Below, one piece after another: positions 1-7,172 of a stretch of DNA of 45,934 bases. The stretch comes from a virus. Its lineage: Duplodnaviria > Caudoviricetes. The notes under the pieces were generated by a model. It did no database searches, was not told the origin of the DNA, and saw only the letters and a program-made list of their open reading frames with translations. The DNA is taken from positions 1-45,934 of the IMG/VR virus record IMGVR_UViG_3300037313_000916; one strand, given 5' to 3'. How positions within the stretch are numbered: position 1 is the first letter of the stretch; every line of letters starts with the position of its first letter. Position numbers and translations under genes: made by a program.

Positions 1-18
1 GAAAGACCGGAGCGACTG

Positions 19-186
19 ATGGGGCACTCGCAGCGCTTTGCGGCCCAGGTCTACGTTGAGATGGCTGATGGTGTCAGCATCGAGTCGATCCTTATGGCGA
101 TGCGCGTGGAATTCGAGGGCGCGCAGCGCCACATGGAACGGCAGATCCGCGAATGGTTTCAGGAACGCGCCGTCAACGACGGTTGA
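19..186 (+). CDS. hypothetical protein (55 aa)
   Basis: Not in ORF track. MGHSQRFAAQVYVEMADG...AVNDG*, with GGAG 7 nt upstream and a TGATG overlap with an upstream gene cut off by the window edge. Confidence 0.55.
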   Translation: MGHSQRFAAQVYVEMADGVSIESILMAMRVEFEGAQRHMERQIREWFQERAVNDG

Positions 187-211
187 CAAACGAGTGCGGG
201 TATGACAGAAT
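183..211 (+). promoter_or_regulatory. sigma70/SigA-type promoter, probable late or sRNA promoter
   Basis: TTGACA (183-188), 17-bp spacer, extended TG at 203-204, CAGAAT (206-211). Confidence 0.75.
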
Positions 212-216
212 TGTGG

Positions 217-430
217 GTGGGAAGGTACGCCTTCTCTTGGTCGCGTCTGCGCGACGGTCTGCCGTGGCCTCCTCCCACCACGGGCACACCGAACCCCGCC
301 GCACAGGCCCTCAACTCTCCGCCCACCGTTCCAACCTCCTCCCAATGCGGACGGTACAGCGCGGTCATGGGCCGGCGCGACCTGGCCCCAAGCGCGTCGT
401 TTCCTCCCGGCGCCGCGCTTGGGGAGATTT
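217..430 (+). ncRNA. multi-hairpin RNA with CCUCCUCCC (anti-SD) loops, cuckoo/CcsR-like
   Basis: Hairpins 260-286 (loop CCTCCTCCCA), 325-355 (loop contains CCTCCTCCC) and 386-424 (11-bp stem, loop contains TTCCTCCC), plus short 5' hairpins. Lies directly downstream of a consensus promoter. Confidence 0.6.
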
Positions 431-460
431 CGCCTCAACCGGTCACCTTCGGAGCGGCCA

Positions 461-637
461 ATGCTGGACCTCTACACCAAGAACGTTCAGCGGCTCCTCA
501 CCCGAGAATTCCCCGTGCCCGCAGTCATTTGGCTTGGTGACGGCCATCCCATGACCGATAACGGGAAACGGCAGATCGCGGCGAACCTTGCGCACATGCT
601 GCACGGCGTGCTGCTGATCGACAAGGACGCAGCATGA
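461..637 (+). CDS. hypothetical protein
   Basis: ATG at 461 with GGAG upstream. First of a chain of overlapping small ORFs (634-783, 780-968, 1003-1185, 1178-1336) leading to terS. Confidence 0.5.
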   Translation: MLDLYTKNVQRLLTREFPVPAVIWLGDGHPMTDNGKRQIAANLAHMLHGVLLIDKDAA

Positions 638-1328
638 AACGCGTCCGTGTGTTTCTTCGGTGGCGCAGAGCTGGCGCCAGCCGACGTCTCGCGTGGATGG
701 TCGCAACGAGACGGCACCTGATCGACACGACCGACCGGGCCCCTACCAAGTCGCGGAGCGCACGCCGCTCGCGTGAGCGGTGAGCGAGCAACGGACCATC
801 CTGAGGCTCGAAGCCGAAATACGAGCACTGGAACGCGAGATCGCGCACTTACGATGGGTTACGAGCTCACAAGCCGACAGGTTATGCGCAGCAGAGCGTG
901 GTGCATCTACAGCCTCGCTCTCACGACCGTCGTGGCCTGGTATGCCGTCGAGTCCGTTCGATTTCTGAAGCAGATCGCTCGCGACTACCCAGACCTCCGC
1001 GCATGAGCGAACTTCAAGGCCTCAAGAACCTCCTCGCGTCCAGTGGCCCGCTGCACGGCATCGCCGCGTCACCCGCTCGCGACGTCTTCGCTACCGACGC
1101 CGACTACCAAGCCGCATACGACGCGTGGTGGCTGCGCACGCTCCGCTGGAATGCGACCTGGCGCGACATCCGAGTCGATGACTGAACTGATCGGCAAGCG
1201 CCTGGTCTACCCCGTGCTCCTGCCGTTCCCGATCTGGCGATTCGGGCCGCTGTACGGACGCCTTGACGGGCGTTACATCGGCGATGGCTGGTGGCCGGAT
1301 CGCTACGGGATACGCGAGGTCAAGCGCG

Positions 1329-1814
1329 ATGGCTGAAACGAAGCCCGCGAGGCGCTACACCCCCGAAGACAAACGACGCGGCCTCATCGCCCTCCTCGTC
1401 GCCGGCAACGGAAACGCCGCCTCAGAACAAACCGGCATCCCACGCCAAACCCTCGAGAACTGGCGCAACACCGAAACAGAGCTGTACGCCAAACTCTCCC
1501 AAGAACACGGCCAGCTCATCGACCACGCGATCACCGCACAAGTCCGAGAAGCCGTCGTCACATACGGCCAGATCGAACGCCAACTCCAAGAACGCGCGCT
1601 CGACAACATCACCCGCATCGACGCCAGAGACCTCCCGGCCGCACTCAAAAACATCAGCGCCGCCAAAGCCCAAAGCACAGACAAGCTCCTGCTGCTCACA
1701 GGCAGAGCAACAGACCGCATCGAACACGTAGACGCCAGAGACCTCCTCGCGGACATCCGCAAGATCGTCCAGCCCTACGCCATAGACAGCACAGCACAGG
1801 AACTCAGCTCCTAA
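1329..1814 (+). CDS. terS: terminase small subunit (N-terminal HTH)
   Basis: YTPEDKRRGL...AASEQTGIPRQTLENWR helix-turn-helix, then a helical oligomerisation-type region. Lies upstream of terL. Confidence 0.7.
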   Translation: MAETKPARRYTPEDKRRGLIALLVAGNGNAASEQTGIPRQTLENWRNTETELYAKLSQEHGQLIDHAITAQVREAVVTYGQIERQLQERALDNITRIDARDLPAALKNISAAKAQSTDKLLLLTGRATDRIEHVDARDLLADIRKIVQPYAIDSTAQELSS

Positions 1815-2267
1815 CGGCGATGAACGGGGAAGACGGCCACCCGCTGCCCGACACAAACAACGTCGTGCTGCGGCACATCCCCCCGCTATTTGGCTAGCTG
1901 AAGCGGGGTTCGTGCGCCCGAGTAACTAGGCGGCAGCCCCACGATCCTTGACCGCGAGCTCTCGCTGATCAAGGTTAGGTAGCTGTTTGGGTAGCAATGC
2001 CCGCTCTTTTGGCTTGAACACAGGTGTTTCGTCCTGCCCACATGGCAGCACACACCGTGAGATGCCTGTCCTGGCCGCAAAGAGCTCCTCTCGGCCGGCA
2101 AACACGGAGGGGGAGGGGAGTGTCGACCGCGACGCCACCCCCCTCAATCAATTTCTAGCTAGCCCGGGACATTCTGGGGTTCCCTAGGCCAAGTTGTAGG
2201 TCTACTGTGTCGCTCTCTGCGGGATTCCTCGCTTCGTTCCCTCCGGTCGGAAGGTCACATTCGTCTG

Positions 2268-2645
2268 ATGTGCAGCGTGGATGGGTGCGATCGGGCCGTT
2301 AAGACGCGTGGGATGTGCGGGAAGCACTACTTGCGGGCGTACAGGGCTGGTTTGGTTGAGATCAAGCGACATACGAAGTCGCATAGCAAGCCTCGTATCC
2401 GTATCCGCGTGAACGGTTGTTGGGATTGGCGCGGTACTCGGTTGAGGGGTCGGCCCGTTACGGGGCGGGGGGGGCGGATGTACCTGGCTTATCGGTGGGT
2501 GTGGGAGCAGACGCATGGCCCGATTCCCGAGGGCCATCAGTTGCATCACCTCTGTCACAACCGGCTGTGCGTGAACCCGGCCCATCTCCAGCCGATGGCG
2601 CCCGTTGAGCATCGTCTGGCTCATTGGGCTCCCGTGTCGCTCTAG
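2268..2645 (+). CDS. HNH endonuclease with N-terminal Zn finger
   Basis: CSVDGC...GMCGKHY Zn motif; CWDWRG...AYRWVWE...GPIPEG..LHHLCHNRLCVNPAHL is the HNH_3-type signature. Confidence 0.9.
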   Translation: MCSVDGCDRAVKTRGMCGKHYLRAYRAGLVEIKRHTKSHSKPRIRIRVNGCWDWRGTRLRGRPVTGRGGRMYLAYRWVWEQTHGPIPEGHQLHHLCHNRLCVNPAHLQPMAPVEHRLAHWAPVSL

Positions 2646-2656
2646 GCGCCCCCCGT

Positions 2657-4174
2657 ATGTCTTCTCTTGCGGTGCAGCTTCGGGAGCTTGAGGCGTTTCC
2701 TTTGGAGCGTTTGCCTGAGGAACAGCGGAGGCTTGTTCGGGAGAAGCTTGGGGTGTTGAGGGGGGTTTTGGCTGCGAATCCGTTGCAGTTGGCGGAGCCG
2801 TATCCGAAGCAGCGGGGGTTTCTGGCTGCGCGGGAGCCTTTGAAGGGGTTTTTTGGCGGGAATGGTGCGGGGAAAACCTGGATCGGCACGTTGGACGATT
2901 GCATCCAGCTTGTGGATCGTGTGGTGGTGCCTAAGCATCTTCAGGAGTTCAAGTTTTGGGAGCCGCCGTTTTTTTTGCGGGTGGTGGCTCCGAAGCAGAA
3001 GATTTTGGACACGCTGACGTTGCCGCAGTTCCGGGCGATGCTTCCTGCGTCGCAGTTGCGGGGCGGGTCGTTCGATAAGGCTTATAAGGGTTCTGAGGGC
3101 AAGCTGTACCTGGCGAACGGTTCGTGGGTGTTGTTCAACACGGCGGATCAGGATCGGGACGCGCACGCTGGCGTGGAGCTCCATCGTTGCCGGTTTGATG
3201 AGGAGCCTGAGGGCGAGCATGGTCGCGGGATCTACACGGAGAATGTGGCGCGTCTGCGCAAGTTTCTCCCGCATGCGCAGATCAGCTTCACGATGACGCC
3301 TCTCTTGGGCCTGACGTGGACGTTCGATGAGGTGTATGAGCGGCGTGACGACCCGACTGTTCATGTGACGGTCGCGTCGATGCTCGACAACCCTCATGTG
3401 AACGCTGAGGCGACGATCGCCCGGATGGGGCATTTGTCGGCGGAGGAGCGTCGTGCGGTGGTTGAGGGCGAGTTCGTCCATTTCCATGGTGCGGTGATCG
3501 ATCTTCGCGAGAAGCACATCGTTCCGACGCCGGAGAAGCTGCATGTTCGGGGCCTGGATGTGTATGTGGGGATCGACCCGGGTGTCGCGAGGGGTGGGGT
3601 GGTGTGGTGCGGCTTTGATCGCGACAACGTTCTGTTGGTGTTCGACGAGCTGTACCCGGAGGGGTTGACGGTCGAGCAGATCGCGGGTCAGATCCGCGCG
3701 AAGAACCGGGAGTGGGGGATCGAGCCGCAGTTTTTCGTGATCGATCCGTCGGCGAGGAACCGGTCGTTGGTGAATGCGCAGTCGGTGGAGGCCGAGTTTC
3801 AGCGTCATGGGATTTTTCCGATCCATGGTCAGAACGATCGCGCCGCAGGGATTTTGCAGCTTCGTGGCCGGCTGGAGCATGGTGGCTTGCTGGTCGCGGA
3901 GAACTGTCAGGCGGTGCGGTATGAGGCGAAGCGGTGGCTTGTCGCGAAGGACGAGAAGTCTTCGGAGGAGTCCGCGTCGGGCGATCAGTTCGTGACGAAG
4001 GGCCCGGATCACACGTGGGACCCGATTCGGTATTGCGCGATGGAGCGTTTGTGGTTTGAGCCGGTGCGGCCGAAGGTCCGTAGGGGTGGGCGTCATTGGG
4101 ATGAGATGCCGGCGTGGGATGGGCAGTCGTTGGTTGGTTCGGTGGACGCGCCGCCGTCTGGTGTTTGGTCTTAG
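2657..4174 (+). CDS. terL: terminase large subunit
   Basis: Walker A GGNGAGKT, Walker B RFDEEP, coupling motif TMTP, nuclease VYVGIDPG and DHTWDPIRY. ATG at 2657 preferred over TTG at 2624. Confidence 0.95.
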   Translation: MSSLAVQLRELEAFPLERLPEEQRRLVREKLGVLRGVLAANPLQLAEPYPKQRGFLAAREPLKGFFGGNGAGKTWIGTLDDCIQLVDRVVVPKHLQEFKFWEPPFFLRVVAPKQKILDTLTLPQFRAMLPASQLRGGSFDKAYKGSEGKLYLANGSWVLFNTADQDRDAHAGVELHRCRFDEEPEGEHGRGIYTENVARLRKFLPHAQISFTMTPLLGLTWTFDEVYERRDDPTVHVTVASMLDNPHVNAEATIARMGHLSAEERRAVVEGEFVHFHGAVIDLREKHIVPTPEKLHVRGLDVYVGIDPGVARGGVVWCGFDRDNVLLVFDELYPEGLTVEQIAGQIRAKNREWGIEPQFFVIDPSARNRSLVNAQSVEAEFQRHGIFPIHGQNDRAAGILQLRGRLEHGGLLVAENCQAVRYEAKRWLVAKDEKSSEESASGDQFVTKGPDHTWDPIRYCAMERLWFEPVRPKVRRGGRHWDEMPAWDGQSLVGSVDAPPSGVWS

Positions 4175-4197
4175 TTAGCTACCCCTGGAAGGGTTCC

Positions 4198-4521
4198 ATG
4201 AACGTTGTTGCTCGTCCGGAGATGGCTCCGGGCTTTTGCCTGTTGTCGTTGAAGGATGAGGACCCTGAGGGGTTCGTGGATTTCGCGATCTCGCCTGCGG
4301 TCGTCGATCCGCGGGTGTATGCGTCCGTGGGGTTTTTGAAGGAGTGCGGTCGCAAGCTTGGCCAGGTTGACGGTTCTGTCGTTGAGGGCTTGGAGCGGCG
4401 CATCGCGGATCTCGAGGCGCAGCTCGCGGAGGCCGACCGCGAACTCAACGCGGTCTACGTCTTGAAGAACGGCCGGTTCAATCCTGCGAGCAAGCCGGGG
4501 CGCCCGGCTAAGGCGGCGTAA
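4198..4521 (+). CDS. hypothetical protein, C-terminal coiled coil and basic tail
   Basis: ATG 4198; LERRIADLEAQLAEAD coiled coil; KPGRPAK tail. Confidence 0.6.
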   Translation: MNVVARPEMAPGFCLLSLKDEDPEGFVDFAISPAVVDPRVYASVGFLKECGRKLGQVDGSVVEGLERRIADLEAQLAEADRELNAVYVLKNGRFNPASKPGRPAKAA

Positions 4522-4824
4522 ATGGCGGACAGAAACACTCGGCCGGTCGTTCAGTCCGACACGGCGAAGACTCCTGCGTCGTCCGCGACTATCGGCGCGT
4601 CGTCCGCGACGGTAGTCGCTGCGAACCCGCAGCGGGTGTCCGTCACCCTATGCAACGATCACGCCACCCAGATCGTGTATCTCGCGCTTGGCGCGACGGC
4701 CGTCGCGAACACCGGCATTCGTTTGAACGCTGCTGGCGGCACGATCACGCTGACGTCATACACCGGGATCATCACTGGGATCGCGACGGGGGCCAGCACC
4801 GTTGTGACGTACAGCGAGGTCTAG
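4522..4824 (+). CDS. small all-beta virion protein, stand-alone relative of the shared appendage module
   Basis: VVAANPQRVSVTL...VYLALG...TGIRL.AAGGTITLT pattern parallels the N-termini of the next four genes. Confidence 0.6.
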   Translation: MADRNTRPVVQSDTAKTPASSATIGASSATVVAANPQRVSVTLCNDHATQIVYLALGATAVANTGIRLNAAGGTITLTSYTGIITGIATGASTVVTYSEV

Positions 4825-6308
4825 TGAGCACGATCATCGACGTTCCGTCGAGGTCCGCGGGCGGCCCGGTATATGTGGCGGCCGATGGTCGCACTGGTGT
4901 TTCGGTCACCCCGGTGTCCGGTTCGGTGTATTACGGGGCGGATAACACTGTGACGACCGGCTCGGGCACGGTGGTGCCGCAGGGCAAGGCTGTGTCGTTG
5001 TCGTTCGGTGCGTGGTTTGTGTCCGCTGCCGGGGCGAGGGTGTTGGTGGATGAGGCCGCGTCGTCGACGGCGGTGGCCCGGGGCAACCTGGTGGGTCAGC
5101 CCGCGATGCTGAAGATCCTTGCCGGGAAGGGCGCCACCGTTCTCGTGGTTGGGGATTCGACGGGCGACGGGACGGGCGAGTGGCCCGAGCAGATGTCGAA
5201 GTGGCTGGCAACCCTCGATTCGAAGGTGCGGGTCGAGTTCACGACGTGGGGTGATGGTGGCTCCACTTACCCGTCGACGACGGTGGTGCAGGCCGGTGAC
5301 GGCACGATGGGCACCGTTGTTGTTTACAACTGTTCGGTTGGCGGCAAAACGACGCAGTACTTTTTGGCGCCGTATTTCGGCCCGATGATTTCGGATGTGC
5401 AGGCCGACCTGGTGTTCGTGAACTTGGGTCACAACCACACCACGGGGGCGGCCGAGCCGTTTTTCCGGGATGACCTGACGGCGTTGGTGGAGCGCATCAC
5501 GTTGACGTCCCCGAACTCTGAGGTTGTGCTGCTGACGCAGAACCCGAGAACGGACTCCAGCGCAGTTCAGCAGGCCGATCGCCGGCACACGATCTACAAG
5601 ATCGCCGGCACGCTCGGTGTGGGTGTTATCGACACCTATCGGCTGTTCGTGTTGCCGGACGGTTCCGCGAACGCGTCGTATCTTTTGGACGCGTTGCATC
5701 CGAACCTGACGGCGGAGCAGTTGATGTGGTCGGAGATCCGTTCGCACTTGACGCCCGCTGCCGGTGAGGCGGCCCGCACCCAGGACGACAGTGCGTTGCT
5801 GTTCCCGGTGACGAACCTGTTGACGAACGGTGACTTCGCGAGCTTCTCGAGCCCGCCGACGCTGCCGAACTGGACCGCTACGAGCTGCACCCCGTCGAAG
5901 GATGTCACGAACTATGAGGGCCCGAACGGCTGGGCGGTCAGGCTGCAGTCGGCTGCCGCCGCCACTTCTTACATTGAGCAGGCGATCACCGGCAACGCTC
6001 TCCGTCCGCTGTTGGGGCAGTGGGTGACGTTGGCGGCAGTCGGCTACATCCCCTCCGGGCAGAACAGCAACGTTGGCCGTGTGCATCTGCGGACGACTGG
6101 TGCAGCTAATAACCCGTCGCAGAACTCGACGGCGACGACGCAGGGGCAGGGCGGCTTCAGACTGGTCACGACCAGCATTCGTGTCCCTCGGGATGCGGGC
6201 ACGTTGACCGCCCGGTTGTATTGCGAGAACGGCACCACGAACACGGGTGACGTGTCGTGGGATCGCGCCACTTTGGCGAAGGGCGCTCGTCCGAGGGACA
6301 TTCGCTGA
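4824..6308 (+). CDS. virion appendage: shared N-module + SGNH/GDSL esterase + CBM4/9-like domain
   Basis: GTG at 4824 overlaps the preceding TAG. SGNH blocks VVGDST, VGG, NLGHN and DALHP; NLLTNGDF begins a carbohydrate-binding-like beta sandwich. Confidence 0.8.
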   Translation: MSTIIDVPSRSAGGPVYVAADGRTGVSVTPVSGSVYYGADNTVTTGSGTVVPQGKAVSLSFGAWFVSAAGARVLVDEAASSTAVARGNLVGQPAMLKILAGKGATVLVVGDSTGDGTGEWPEQMSKWLATLDSKVRVEFTTWGDGGSTYPSTTVVQAGDGTMGTVVVYNCSVGGKTTQYFLAPYFGPMISDVQADLVFVNLGHNHTTGAAEPFFRDDLTALVERITLTSPNSEVVLLTQNPRTDSSAVQQADRRHTIYKIAGTLGVGVIDTYRLFVLPDGSANASYLLDALHPNLTAEQLMWSEIRSHLTPAAGEAARTQDDSALLFPVTNLLTNGDFASFSSPPTLPNWTATSCTPSKDVTNYEGPNGWAVRLQSAAAATSYIEQAITGNALRPLLGQWVTLAAVGYIPSGQNSNVGRVHLRTTGAANNPSQNSTATTQGQGGFRLVTTSIRVPRDAGTLTARLYCENGTTNTGDVSWDRATLAKGARPRDIR

Positions 6309-7171
6309 TGGGCACGTTGGTTGATATCCCAACCCGCCCGGTGTACATCCCGGCTGACGCGACGAGTGGTCATGCGTCGGTCACGGTCACCGCGGTCTCC
6401 GCGGCGGTGTATTACGGCGCGGACCCGAGTGTGACTGTTGGCGGTGGCACGTCGGTTGCGCAGGGCGCAACGGTGACGCTGACGGCTGGCCGCTGGTTCG
6501 TCAGTCAGTTTGGTGCTCGCGCGTTCGTGGAGGAATCGACTTCTACGACCGCCGCGTCACAGACCGACCTCAACACGCATACCGCGCTGACAACGACTGC
6601 GCATGGTGGATTGTTGGCGTCCACCGATTTCAAGGCGGTCAACCCGCGGCTTGAGGCGTACGGGTTCTGGCCCGCGGAGGACGTCCCGACGTCATCGCAG
6701 CAGTTGATCGTCAACCTGCTGTACTACAAGCGGTTCGTGCCGAAGCGGTCGATCACGGCTACCGGGATCGCGTTCGCGGTCACCACCGCGGCGAACAACA
6801 ACGACACCGTGGACGTGGCGCTGCTTGATGCGTCAGCTAACCGGCTCGCATCGTCAGGGCCGACCGCGAGCCTGTTGAACTCGACGGGCGCCAAAGAGCT
6901 CAGCTTCACGGCGTCTTACAGTCTTGTGGCCGGCACCGAGTATTTCGCGGCGATGGTCGCCGCGGTCGCGGGCACGGGCGCGTTTCTGGCGGCGTGGAAC
7001 TTCGGTAACGCGTCGCTGCCGATGCTGGGGTGCCAGACGGTCGGGACTCCCGACAAGTACGTGGTGGTCGGCGCGCGAGCGAACGGCTCGGCGACGATCG
7101 GCACTACACCGGGCCTGCCGAACTCGCTGACGACGACATACTGCCCCGGCATGTTCATCAGGGGGACCTAG
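6308..7171 (+). CDS. virion appendage: shared N-module + C-terminal beta-sandwich domain
   Basis: TGATG overlap. N-module VYYGAD...GRWFVS; C-domain YYKRFVP...LLNSTG...L.AGT.YF is also present in the next gene. Confidence 0.7.
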   Translation: MGTLVDIPTRPVYIPADATSGHASVTVTAVSAAVYYGADPSVTVGGGTSVAQGATVTLTAGRWFVSQFGARAFVEESTSTTAASQTDLNTHTALTTTAHGGLLASTDFKAVNPRLEAYGFWPAEDVPTSSQQLIVNLLYYKRFVPKRSITATGIAFAVTTAANNNDTVDVALLDASANRLASSGPTASLLNSTGAKELSFTASYSLVAGTEYFAAMVAAVAGTGAFLAAWNFGNASLPMLGCQTVGTPDKYVVVGARANGSATIGTTPGLPNSLTTTYCPGMFIRGT

Positions 7172-7172
7172 G

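Noticed and set aside
1815-2645. Group I intron carrying the HNH gene
   Set aside because: terS and terL both look uninterrupted and no P7 core was recognised; the HNH appears free-standing. Not excluded without a covariance search.
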